DNA of 64,000 nucleotides, from assembly GCA_040290255.1 (NCBI GenBank), contig PSMU01000001.1:96001-160000 (forward strand). The letters run 5' to 3'. This document shows positions 23,276 through 32,078 of this stretch, piece after piece. The notes below the pieces were generated by a model, which worked only from the letters and a program-made list of their open reading frames with translations, was not told the origin of the DNA and did no database searches. Both the position numbers and the translations under genes were made by a program. Each line of letters opens with the position of its first letter. Position 1 is the stretch's first letter. This DNA is from Nitrososphaerota archaeon (GTDB lineage Archaea > Thermoproteota > Nitrososphaeria > PSMU01).

Positions 23276-24386
23276 GCAGGCCGACGCCAAAAGGTGAATT
23301 TAAACTTAGAGCGCTTTCGAGCAGTTTGACCTCTAGGATGTCGTAGTGAATCAACTCTAATGAGGTCCTCAAGAGTTGGTGGGCATTAGGTTGGGCCCTG
23401 CTCTCTTTCTCACGGCCGAAGAAGGCCCGTATATCGAAACCGCCTTCAAAGGTGCCTGTCATCCGCAGCTCGCTATCAGATAGCCTAAAGCCTCCAAGCG
23501 ACAGGAGCCGCCTTGTCTTGGGAGGTCTTCCTGGTCTTTCGAAGAGCACGTCGATAGAGCTGAATGCGGAGAGTCCCGTGAACCGCGTCAACGCCCCAGC
23601 CGAACTGTTAATGAGCCTGCAGGCTATCTCCGCAGTAAATATATAATGAAAGGGAAGCTTAGGTCTCGAGGTAAGCACCTCGAGCTGCGTGACCCCAACG
23701 CCGAGCGCGCCCAACTCGTCATTTATGGAGTTTATGAGGGTAGGCGGCAAGGTTCTGCGCCTAGGGTTAGTAAGTTTGGCGACGAAGGGTCTTCCTTGGC
23801 CTAAAACCAAGCTATCTTTGTCCTCGCCGCCTGCCCAACTGAACTTCGCCTCTTCTGCACCAAAATGCAGAACTAATGCTCTTTCTAGCAGTGCTTCAAG
23901 AGAGGGGCTCTGAGTGTTGACTCGTTCTCGTGTCCTTAGCGGGATCCCCCTTTTCTGTTTGATATAGCGGCCCAACAAGTATATGGGTGATGCGCGAATA
24001 TCTACCGTCTCCGTTATAAAATCCAATGTTAGCGAAACGTCGGCGTTGATATGCGAGAGCATTACTGGCCTTCCAAGCATTGAGCGAAGCTCGGCGATGG
24101 CCACATTGGCCAGATACCTCTTGATCGTAGGCGGCTCCTTTAGCTTGAGTGACGCCCGCAGCTCGTCCTCCCTATTGATGATGTGCGCGGGCAAGATTAT
24201 GCCCAAGCTGACTGAACTGAACTCGAAAGCTTCAATGAGGCTAAGGTGTCTATATATCAACCCAGCGATCTTGTCAGTCAAGCCTTCGCACAGTTGGCAC
24301 TTGCCGCCTTTATCCGTCAGTTTCAAAGCAGCCCTAGCTCTCACGTGCCTTGCTAAACGCTGCCAGCAATGGCGACAAAGCCTCAT
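23262..24386 (-). CDS. pus10: Pus10-family pseudouridine synthase (divergent motifs)
   Basis: N-terminal Cys cluster, GRYIK..RGIP, GGEDKDSLVLG.GRPF; upstream of rpl21e. Confidence 0.85.
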   Translation of the reverse strand: MRLCRHCWQRLARHVRARAALKLTDKGGKCQLCEGLTDKIAGLIYRHLSLIEAFEFSSVSLGIILPAHIINREDELRASLKLKEPPTIKRYLANVAIAELRSMLGRPVMLSHINADVSLTLDFITETVDIRASPIYLLGRYIKQKRGIPLRTRERVNTQSPSLEALLERALVLHFGAEEAKFSWAGGEDKDSLVLGQGRPFVAKLTNPRRRTLPPTLINSINDELGALGVGVTQLEVLTSRPKLPFHYIFTAEIACRLINSSAGALTRFTGLSAFSSIDVLFERPGRPPKTRRLLSLGGFRLSDSELRMTGTFEGGFDIRAFFGREKESRAQPNAHQLLRTSLELIHYDILEVKLLESALSLNSPFGVGLRAQE

Positions 24387-24397
24387 TGTATGAGGAG

Positions 24398-25732
24398 CTA
24401 GAGGCTTAAGCGCTGACCGGACAGCATCTTAATCAGCCTTCCTCTGTTAGATCTCAATAGCTGCCTAGTTCGTTTATAGTATTCCAAGAGTTCCTTGACG
24501 GCCCGCTCATCCCGTCCGGATCCGCTAGCGATCCTCCTAATTCTCCTCCCATCGATTATGTCCGGATTTTCCCGCTCCTGTGGCGTCATAGAGTTTATTA
24601 CGCTTTTCCATACCTTCAGTCTTGACTCTATATCGTCTATGTTTATCTCCCCTCCGCCTATTGGCCCGATGGGAAGCAGCTCAAGAAGCTTCCTAAGCGG
24701 TCCCATCTTTCCCAGTCTCTGAATCTCCCTGAGCAGGTCGTCCAAAGTAAAGCGTCCTGACAGCATTTTCTTCACATACTTCTCCTGATCTTCCTCCTCT
24801 ACCGATGCTTCCTTAACTCTTTGGAGTAGAGCCTCTAGGTCCCCAAGGCCCAGTAACCGAGCTGCGAAGCGTTTAGCGTCGAATACCTCTAAATCATCTA
24901 GCCTGTCTCCGGAACATACGAAGTAGATCTTGGCTCCGATGGCAGCTACAGCCGATAGGGCGCCTCCGCCCTTTGCTGTGCCATCTAGTTTAGTTACCAC
25001 TATGCCGCCAAGGCCAACGGCTTGATTAAATGCGATGGCTTGCGCAGCGCTTTGCTGGCCCATAGCAGCGTCAATAACTAAGAAGGTGAGAGTGGGCTTG
25101 ATCGCTTCGTTAAGTGCTCTGACCTCCATCATTAGGGATCTTTCTTCCTTATGCCTGCCAGCCGTGTCGACTACAACGACATTATAGCCCATATCTCTGA
25201 AATGTTTTGTTCCGGCCTTGGCTATCTCCTCGGCGGAGCTGCCCTCAAGCCAATATACCGGGATGCCAACAGGCGCGACGAGCGACTTTAGCTGTTCGTA
25301 TGCCCCCGGCCTGTATGTATCCGCGCATACTAAGCCAACCTTGTAACCACGTTTTTGGAACCATCGCGCAAGTTTAGCTGCCGTTGTGGTTTTGCCGCTG
25401 CCTTCCAGGCCCACAAGCATTATTATATTGAATTCTCGTGGATCGATGTTTAAATGCGCGGTTCCCTCGCCACCTAGCAGACTCACGAGTTTCTCATAGA
25501 GAAGGCGGATCGCGTGCTCCCTCAGCGAAATGCCTGGAGGGAGCTTCTCCTTTCTCACCTTGTTTTCTATATCGCGAGTTAGACGCGCGACCTGCTCAAC
25601 AGCCACATCTGCTAACAAAAGACTCCGCTGTACATCCTTAGAGAATTCTTCGATTGCCTGCTCGACAGGGGTGGTGCTGCTGAGGAGCCTCTCGATCGCC
25701 CTTGCTAGCCCAGCCCTCAGCTCTGAAAGCAT
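24398..25732 (-). CDS. srp54: Signal recognition particle 54 kDa protein
   Basis: GLEGSGKTTT, DTAGRH, TKLDGTAKGGGA, SMT..ER, RIRRIA.GSG. Confidence 0.97.
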   Translation of the reverse strand: MLSELRAGLARAIERLLSSTTPVEQAIEEFSKDVQRSLLLADVAVEQVARLTRDIENKVRKEKLPPGISLREHAIRLLYEKLVSLLGGEGTAHLNIDPREFNIIMLVGLEGSGKTTTAAKLARWFQKRGYKVGLVCADTYRPGAYEQLKSLVAPVGIPVYWLEGSSAEEIAKAGTKHFRDMGYNVVVVDTAGRHKEERSLMMEVRALNEAIKPTLTFLVIDAAMGQQSAAQAIAFNQAVGLGGIVVTKLDGTAKGGGALSAVAAIGAKIYFVCSGDRLDDLEVFDAKRFAARLLGLGDLEALLQRVKEASVEEEDQEKYVKKMLSGRFTLDDLLREIQRLGKMGPLRKLLELLPIGPIGGGEINIDDIESRLKVWKSVINSMTPQERENPDIIDGRRIRRIASGSGRDERAVKELLEYYKRTRQLLRSNRGRLIKMLSGQRLSL

Positions 25733-25819
25733 TCTCTGGGCTTGAAACTCGCGGCAATTAAAAGCTTTCACTAATGTTTTTATTGCACGCATTGACGCTG
25801 GGCTCGGAGGTGATATGAC

Positions 25820-26234
25820 CTGAGCAAACAGGCCGAACTGGGAGAGGTTAAGGAGGGCAGCTACATGGTAATCGAAGGAGAGCCTTGCAGGATCGTGGAA
25901 GTAGAGAAGAGCAAGCCTGGAAAGTAGCGATATGCTACCCAGGTAGCATGGCTCTGCGAAGGTCAGGGTTGTAGGAATAGGCTTGTTTACCGGCTCGAAG
26001 AGAAGCTATCTAGGACCTGCCGACTCATTAGTAGAAATACCGCTGATCGATAAGCGCATCGCGCAGGTACTCGCGCTCCTGCCTGACAGGGTACAGTTGA
26101 TGGATTTGGAAACTTACGAGGTGTTCGAATCAGATATGCCACAGGAGGAAGGGCTTCGCGGTAAGCTTGAGCAAGGCAGGCAGGTGGAGTATTGGGTGGT
26201 AGGCGGGCGAAGGAAATTAATGAAGCTGCGTTAA
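25820..26234 (+). CDS. eif5a: Translation factor aIF5A, join(25820..25922,25945..26234), 130 aa, CTG start, BHB intron
   Basis: Spliced product [51 protein letters not shown]...; SD GGAGGTGA at 25806-25813. Confidence 0.93.
25923..25944 (+). other. 22-nt BHB mRNA intron in aIF5A
   Basis: GC CTGG AA^A GTAGC GATAT GCTAC CCAG GT^A GC; removal gives GGA A|AG CAT. Confidence 0.9.
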
Positions 26235-26275
26235 GGAACAAAATTTAATAAGCTCGAGCCTGCCTGTAGGCATCT

Positions 26276-26443
26276 GTGAGCAGCAGAAGGAAAAGGGAAG
26301 CGCCGCTGCCTGCCTCGGGCGCCGGGCTTCTGCGGTTCTTTGAGGATGAGACGAAAGGGATTAAGATCAGGCCCGAGGCCGTCGCAGCGATGTCGATCAT
26401 ACTGGTAGCGGTCTCGATACTGATTAAAATACTGATACGCTAG
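26276..26443 (+). CDS. secG: Preprotein translocase subunit Sec61-beta (55 aa; absent from ORF track)
   Basis: MSSRRKREAPLPASGAGLLRFFEDETKGIKIRPE followed by a TM helix. Confidence 0.92.
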   Translation: MSSRRKREAPLPASGAGLLRFFEDETKGIKIRPEAVAAMSIILVAVSILIKILIR

Positions 26444-26454
26444 GGCCTCGCGTA

Positions 26455-28212
26455 GTGAGCTGGAAGGCCCTTCCACCCAAGAGGCGCTATATAATATCAA
26501 TACCGCCGCTTTGGGCAAACCTGGTTTTGTATGTGGCCCTGCAGTTAGTACTCGCTTTCTCTTCGCCGTCTAAATGGATAGTGCCGTGGAGTGCAGCGAC
26601 GCAGTTAATTGCGTTACTGACAGTACCTCTGCTGTTTGGGTCCGGCACCGTGGTGCCTCACGGGGTAATAAGTAACCGGATGATCTTCTCTTCGAATGTT
26701 GCTAGCGTGATATATATAGTAGAAGTTACGATCATGAGATTCGCCAGGGGTTCGGATATCACCTTGGCAGAGCTCATGGTGCCCCTCTCAATGGGATATG
26801 CCTTTTCATTTATCGTAATCCGCTCCCTCTGTTTTCCCAACGGATATCTAGCCAGCGCGCTTAGCGTCCTTTGCGTGGCAACTCCCTTGGTAGAAGGCCT
26901 AGCGGTTGGAAGCGTGGCTGGCCAGTCACCTGTGCGCGCCTCTCTCCTGTTCATTCCCTCCATTTCCACGGTCTTCACATTAGTGCTCTCGGCCCATGCG
27001 GTCATTCGTAGGGGAAAAGCGGTTCTTAAGGAGGATCCCACGGTGATCCTGCCGGCGCTGCTTGAGGCCTGGAGAGGAAGGAATACGACATCGATCGAGC
27101 GGTGGCTAGAGGGCAAGGCCGAGCGAGCAAGGCTGAGCAATTATCTCCTATACTTTCGGTCTATTGATTCTAACGCGGCACAAGGCATATGGGCTATACT
27201 TGGCGCTCACCCAGGGCCCTTCAACCCGTTAGGCTCATATAATTTGCCGAGCCAAGTATATTCTTATCTTAAGCGTGCTTTGGGTAACGTCCCTACGTGC
27301 GTCTTTCATGGTCCGTCTACACATGAATTCGATTTGGTCTCGGCACGCGAGGTCATGAAATACCTGCAAGGCTTAACGCAAACGCAGCCCGATTATATCT
27401 CATCGGGGATATCTAGGGCAGAACTCCTAGTAAAGGATGCTGAATCAGCTTTTCCCTCACTCCTCTGGCTGGGCAAAGACCTGGTGCTATTTACTGGCCG
27501 AGCCTTAGACCCTTATAGTGATGATGTCGCGCCAGATCTGATCGGCGCCTTGCGCGACGCTTTGCGACTGGGGCATGCTAAGTGTGTGGTAATAGATGTG
27601 CACAATGGCATTACCTCACTAAGTAATGGAGAGGAACGTCTATCCAGCATGGGGAGTGAGTTAAACAACCTAATAAGAACGAATGAGGGCCCGAGGCAGG
27701 AGTCGCTGGTAGCGGGGTTTGCCGAAGTGGCCAAGAACCAGCTCTTGGATGTTATAGAGGTAGGGCCGGCTGGGGTCTGCTTCACCTACTTATCCAATGG
27801 ACAGCAGGCGTTGGGCGTAGTAGTGTTTGACGCGAATAGTATAGTTCCTACTGTGGCTAGATCGCTGACGAAGCTCTGCTCAGAACGCCTTGGTTACCCG
27901 ATATTGCTATGCACCACAGATAATCATATCACGGCTAGTGATGTCACATCACGTCACGGATATCTAAAACTGGCTCAAGTGACCGGAGTCGAGCGACTGG
28001 CTGACATAATTCTGGGCGGCATGTTGACCGCCCAAGCCAAGGCCGGGCGCGTTGTCGTCGATTTGCACGAGATACATACGGAGAGCCTAGTACTGGGTAA
28101 TCTGTTGAACGCCATTTCCGAACTCACGGAATTCGCTTCACGCGTTGTGCCGCGCGGCCTCTTATTGAGCTTAGCCCTACACGTTGTTGCCTTCGCAGGC
28201 AGTTTGCTCTAA
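26455..28212 (+). CDS. DUF2070-like membrane protein
   Basis: Multiple N-terminal TMs; HPGPF..GS.NLP, HGP.THE.D, IDVHN, TTDNH. Confidence 0.82.
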   Translation: MSWKALPPKRRYIISIPPLWANLVLYVALQLVLAFSSPSKWIVPWSAATQLIALLTVPLLFGSGTVVPHGVISNRMIFSSNVASVIYIVEVTIMRFARGSDITLAELMVPLSMGYAFSFIVIRSLCFPNGYLASALSVLCVATPLVEGLAVGSVAGQSPVRASLLFIPSISTVFTLVLSAHAVIRRGKAVLKEDPTVILPALLEAWRGRNTTSIERWLEGKAERARLSNYLLYFRSIDSNAAQGIWAILGAHPGPFNPLGSYNLPSQVYSYLKRALGNVPTCVFHGPSTHEFDLVSAREVMKYLQGLTQTQPDYISSGISRAELLVKDAESAFPSLLWLGKDLVLFTGRALDPYSDDVAPDLIGALRDALRLGHAKCVVIDVHNGITSLSNGEERLSSMGSELNNLIRTNEGPRQESLVAGFAEVAKNQLLDVIEVGPAGVCFTYLSNGQQALGVVVFDANSIVPTVARSLTKLCSERLGYPILLCTTDNHITASDVTSRHGYLKLAQVTGVERLADIILGGMLTAQAKAGRVVVDLHEIHTESLVLGNLLNAISELTEFASRVVPRGLLLSLALHVVAFAGSLL

Positions 28213-28228
28213 GCCGTCTGCGGAAGTT

Positions 28229-28468
28229 CTATAGCTCACCTCTATTGTATTTATCGACCGCCAAGTTATAAATGTCTATTATCTCGGGTTTCTTTTCGTA
28301 ATCGTAGCTAAATTTTAAGCCGCAATCTGTATTTCCACACATTACTATCACTCTGTTGGGATCCTCGTACCATGCCCTCACGCTTATTTGCCCACATTTG
28401 GGGCAGATGTACACTTTCGGCAGACTGCGCTTGAGCGGCTTAGGTATCTTTCGCCTTCTCCTACCCAT
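28229..28468 (-). CDS. elf1: Transcription elongation factor Elf1
   Basis: MGRRRRK...LPKVYICPKCG...CG..CG...IDIYN..VD. Confidence 0.88.
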   Translation of the reverse strand: MGRRRRKIPKPLKRSLPKVYICPKCGQISVRAWYEDPNRVIVMCGNTDCGLKFSYDYEKKPEIIDIYNLAVDKYNRGEL

Positions 28469-28506
28469 ATGGGCGCAGGCAGATCCCTAAATTTAAGTAC
28501 TTGGTC

Positions 28507-29088
28507 CTAATCCCTAAGCTGCGATAACGCTTCTCGTCCTTTTTCAGTTAACCGGTAAACGTAGGGCCTAGAGGCTGAGCGAGAGACCAAGCCCTGGTCC
28601 AGCATTGCCTTCAAAAGGCGTGATGTGTGCTCCCGGCTCCTGCGGATGCTCCGGCTAACCTCCGAAGCGCTCTTCTCGCCATCTTTGAGGGTGTAAAGAA
28701 CAGCTAATGATCCTGTCATGATATGTGACGAGCGTGATGATGTCACGCGTTCAGAGTTATCCTCAGGTGATTCTCTGCCACCCGGCGATCCCGTAGGTTG
28801 AGCATGCCCGCTGCTAACCATGCTCTTGGCCCCCGGTATAGGAGGTCTAGCCGAGCTCACTCTAAGTTCTAACATATCCATATCGGCCTTCAGTTTACCA
28901 AGATCCTGTTGCACTTTGGTCAATCGTCCGCTGAACGCCTCTATGATTACGCTCGCAGGTCCGATCCAACTCAAGGCCTTATCTAGCGAAGAGGACATCC
29001 TACGTATGCTCCATATCACTATGGTCAAGGATGCGACTGAAAGGATCAGGCTGATGATTAATGTGATGACGTCAATTGACGGCATCAT
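28507..29088 (-). CDS. Membrane-anchored coiled-coil/winged-helix protein
   Basis: N-terminal TM, coiled coil, C-terminal RSREHTSRLLK...GLVSR...PYVYRLT. Confidence 0.8.
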   Translation of the reverse strand: MMPSIDVITLIISLILSVASLTIVIWSIRRMSSSLDKALSWIGPASVIIEAFSGRLTKVQQDLGKLKADMDMLELRVSSARPPIPGAKSMVSSGHAQPTGSPGGRESPEDNSERVTSSRSSHIMTGSLAVLYTLKDGEKSASEVSRSIRRSREHTSRLLKAMLDQGLVSRSASRPYVYRLTEKGREALSQLRD

Positions 29089-29111
29089 GTTGTTGACTCC
29101 AAGTCATCATT

Positions 29112-29501
29112 TTAAGTCTTTCCCTCTGCTAGCTGATGCACCAAGGCGTCCAAGGTGGCTATTATATCCTGCAGCTTATCTTGTCTAGCTTTCGGCCCAC
29201 GGCCCGCCTCATGCACTAACGTAAGTGCTCTGCTTATGGCGTCTAGATCTAGCAGGTCTAGGTAGGACAACAAGAGCAACGTATAAAAGCAGCGCCTAAC
29301 CTGGGTTATCCCCTGACGCAAACTTCTGTAGTAGGCGCCTTTAGAGACAGCACCACCATCCTTGAGGCGGAGTCTTTCGAATAATTTCAGCTTTCTAGCG
29401 GTCTTTTGGATTAAAAATATGTCGAATGATGCAGGCTTTAGGCCGCTTCTCGAGAACAGATGCTCGGCGAGGGGGTCGTCGGCAAGAAGTCCTTTGAGCA
29501 T
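29112..29501 (-). CDS. Hypothetical protein (HTH-like SKGAYYR motif)
   Basis: 129-aa ORF co-oriented between two wHTH genes. Confidence 0.7.
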   Translation of the reverse strand: MLKGLLADDPLAEHLFSRSGLKPASFDIFLIQKTARKLKLFERLRLKDGGAVSKGAYYRSLRQGITQVRRCFYTLLLLSYLDLLDLDAISRALTLVHEAGRGPKARQDKLQDIIATLDALVHQLAEGKT

Positions 29502-29546
29502 AGTAGAGGGTGTTATACGACTCCGTATAACCCTATGCGAAGGTGG

Positions 29547-29963
29547 CTATTGAGTCGAGATTGCTGGAGCGGGTAGCCTGTAGAACCAGATTCGACCTAT
29601 TTTTTGTCGATAAAGAAGGCCCCTACTGACATACCTGCCGAGGTAGGTCGCTATAACGCTTAGCTCTATTGGCCGGCCAAAGTAATTTTCGTAGATCCTC
29701 TTCAAATCCTTAGATGTAAAGCTGCCGTATCTGAAGTTTAGTTGCAAGAGTGAAAGGAGCCTAGAATTAAGGGATTGATCGTCTGCGTCTGACAGCTCTG
29801 GGTTGGCCATAGCTGCTGGCTCAGTGGGTGGGGAGACTGACTCACGAGCCTCCACCTGTTTCAAGATGGAAGCTATGATTGTCGAATCCACATCGCCTTC
29901 AAATGACATGGTTATCTTTGAGCCCGGCTGCTCTATCGTTACCTTTACCCTCCTCGGAGGCAC
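29547..29963 (-). CDS. Hypothetical winged-helix protein
   Basis: FTSKDL..YE......LSVIATYLGR....GLL.R.K.GR.W.Y. Confidence 0.75.
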   Translation of the reverse strand: MPPRRVKVTIEQPGSKITMSFEGDVDSTIIASILKQVEARESVSPPTEPAAMANPELSDADDQSLNSRLLSLLQLNFRYGSFTSKDLKRIYENYFGRPIELSVIATYLGRYVSRGLLYRQKIGRIWFYRLPAPAISTQ

Positions 29964-30115
29964 CGATCGGCATAGTGGGGGCCGTTGTTAATAGGGTAAC
30001 TGTTAAGATTGTTGACATTATTGTTAAGTTAGCAATGAACGCGCACTCAACGCTCAGTCCATAACAGCGCTGTGAAAAGGAGTTAATCTTCGATGGAGGC
30101 AGATCCTCCACCTGC

Positions 30116-30390
30116 TCCACTGGAAAGGCAGGGGTCTTGAAATAAGGTAGAGGGTGGGTTACCACAGTTTAGTGGGGCATTTAGCTAGCGCGAGGGCGCA
30201 CCCCTCCGTTTCCTGTCGAACGTACCCCAGCGAGCCGACACCGATACTATATTGTTTGTACGCAGGATATCAATAACGCTTGACCTAACTACAGAAATAA
30301 GGACCCTGGCGACCAAGCCCGAGCTAGGATATATGACCACAGATAAACCTAATATTGAAGAGCTAGGATCTTCCACTGGAAAACCAGGGG
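30116..30390. promoter_or_regulatory. oriC: Replication origin with three ORB-like elements
   Basis: TCCACTGGAAAGGCAGGGGT (30116-30135,+); GTTCGACAGGAAACGGAGGGGT (30200-30221,-); TTCCACTGGAAAACCAGGGG (30371-30390,+); adjacent to cdc6. Confidence 0.82.
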
Positions 30391-31601
30391 CCTCACCGGC
30401 ATCGTTACTCATCGATCAAATCCTAGAGAGGGCTGCCCGAACCAGCGCGGTATTTATCAATAAGAACGTATTAAGTATGGACTACATTCCTGATTACTTG
30501 CCTTTTAGAGACAAGCAAATAGCCGAGGTAGCGTCCACTTTATCCCCCATTCTTAAGAAGGAAAGATGCTCCAACCTTTTCTTATACGGCAAACCCGGTA
30601 CAGGTAAAACCGTAGTCGCCCGCTTTGTGCTTCGAAGGTTGGCTGCAAAGGCGGTCTCCTTGGGCCTTCAGGACGTGTTCGTCTATGTCAATACAAGGCT
30701 ATCCGGTACAGCATACAGGGTTGTTTGGGAGCTGGCTCACCAGCTTGGCCTTTCGCTTCCATTCACAGGTCTATCAATACCGGAGATGATGCGAAGAATC
30801 TACGGCCATATCGCTAGGCAAAATACCAGGGTAATAATAGTCCTCGACGAAATCGACTTCTTGGTGAAGCACTTCGGTGACGATCTACTATATGAACTAA
30901 CCAGAGCGCGCCTAGATACAGGTGAGTACGCAGGATCTGCCTATACCATCGTGGGCATATCAAACGACCTAATGTTTAAGGAAGTTTTGGATCCTCGTGT
31001 CCTTAGCACCCTAGCCGAGGAAGAGATAGTGTTTCCTCCATATACTGCTCAGGAATTAGGAGAGATATTAAGAGAGCGAGCCCGGATCGCATTTAAGTCA
31101 GGGGCAATTAGCGACGCAGCGATAAATCTTTGCGCAGCTCTTTCCGGGTCTGAGCATGGCGATGCAAGGAGGGCCGTGGAGCTGTTGAGAGTAGCAGGCG
31201 AGATAGCAGAAAGGGCCGGGGCTTCACAAGTCACCGAGGAACATGTTCAGCAGGCTTCAATTCGTATAGAGAGCGACCGCCTACAGGATGCAGTCTCTAC
31301 ATTACCCCTCCACGCCAAACTCTTACTTCTATCCTCTCTAAGGCTTCAGAACGCCACTACCGGACAGGTTTACAGGAAATATGAGAGGCTCTGCGAAGCC
31401 TGCGGTGCCTCGCCAGTAACCCCCCGACGTGCAACAGGAATACTCAGTGAGTTAGACGCCCTAGGCCTTCTTCACGCCGAGCTGATTAGTTCTGGCAGAT
31501 ACGGCCGGACCAAACGTATAAAGACACAGGATAGTGAGCGCCTGCTGTCAATACTAGCTGCGGATCCAATACTCAAAGATCTAGTATCTTCAGAGGGCTA
31601 A
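30333..31601 (+). CDS. cdc6: Orc1/Cdc6 replication initiator (start uncertain)
   Basis: YGKPGTGKT, VLDEID, FPPYT..EL, GDARRA, GRYGRT. Confidence 0.96.
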   Translation: MTTDKPNIEELGSSTGKPGASPASLLIDQILERAARTSAVFINKNVLSMDYIPDYLPFRDKQIAEVASTLSPILKKERCSNLFLYGKPGTGKTVVARFVLRRLAAKAVSLGLQDVFVYVNTRLSGTAYRVVWELAHQLGLSLPFTGLSIPEMMRRIYGHIARQNTRVIIVLDEIDFLVKHFGDDLLYELTRARLDTGEYAGSAYTIVGISNDLMFKEVLDPRVLSTLAEEEIVFPPYTAQELGEILRERARIAFKSGAISDAAINLCAALSGSEHGDARRAVELLRVAGEIAERAGASQVTEEHVQQASIRIESDRLQDAVSTLPLHAKLLLLSSLRLQNATTGQVYRKYERLCEACGASPVTPRRATGILSELDALGLLHAELISSGRYGRTKRIKTQDSERLLSILAADPILKDLVSSEG

Positions 31602-31652
31602 CAGACACCTGCCGCTGATAGCCCGCCGGATCAAGTCCCCTTGACCCTCAGG

Positions 31653-31748
31653 CGCCGGGGGAGGGACTCGAACCCTCACGGGCCGTGAGGCCCACCGGCT
31701 ATCATGTAGGATCTCGAGGCCGGCGCGTTACCACTCCGCCACCCCGGC
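31653..31748 (-). tRNA. tRNA-Ser(CGA), 12-nt intron at 37/38 (31701-31712)
   Basis: CCGGC CT CGA G[ATCCTACATGAT]A GCCGG; long variable arm. Confidence 0.9.
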
Positions 31749-31851
31749 GATAGCTTTACTTGCTCCGGGCCCATTTTAATGTTTATACCCGTGGGCTAAG
31801 CGTCAATATAGACCGATTCATAACCCATAGGACGATACTAGTGAGCTGAGA

Positions 31852-31961
31852 TGCGGGGGGTGGGATTTGAACCCACGAACCCCTTAGGGGAGCGGATCCC
31901 CCGGCGAACTTGAGTCTCGGCCTTATGACCGCCGCCGTTAACCGGGCTTGGCTACCCCCGC
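31852..31961 (-). tRNA. tRNA-Leu(CAA), two introns: 30/31 (31916-31928) and 37/38 (31898-31908)
   Basis: GCGG[TCATAAGGCCGAG]A CT CAA G[TTCGCCGGGGG]A TCCGC; long variable arm. Confidence 0.87.
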
Positions 31962-32078
31962 GATCACTCGCTGATGAAACAACAACATAAGCTTTTATTC
32001 TGCCTTATTTTCCGACGATAAAGACATATCACACCGTTTATATCTCATGCCGCTCATGGCGAACGGTAAACCATAAGG

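Noticed and set aside
25820-26234. aIF5A as a pseudogene or an 83-aa protein
   Set aside because: Both halves are conserved, and a single BHB-bounded 22-nt excision restores the protein.
30905-30932. Possible in-frame 12-nt BHB-like intron in cdc6 (CGCC TAG ATACA GGTG AGT)
   Set aside because: Flanking helices are poor, the frame is open, and the site is a length-variable loop; no evidence of splicing.
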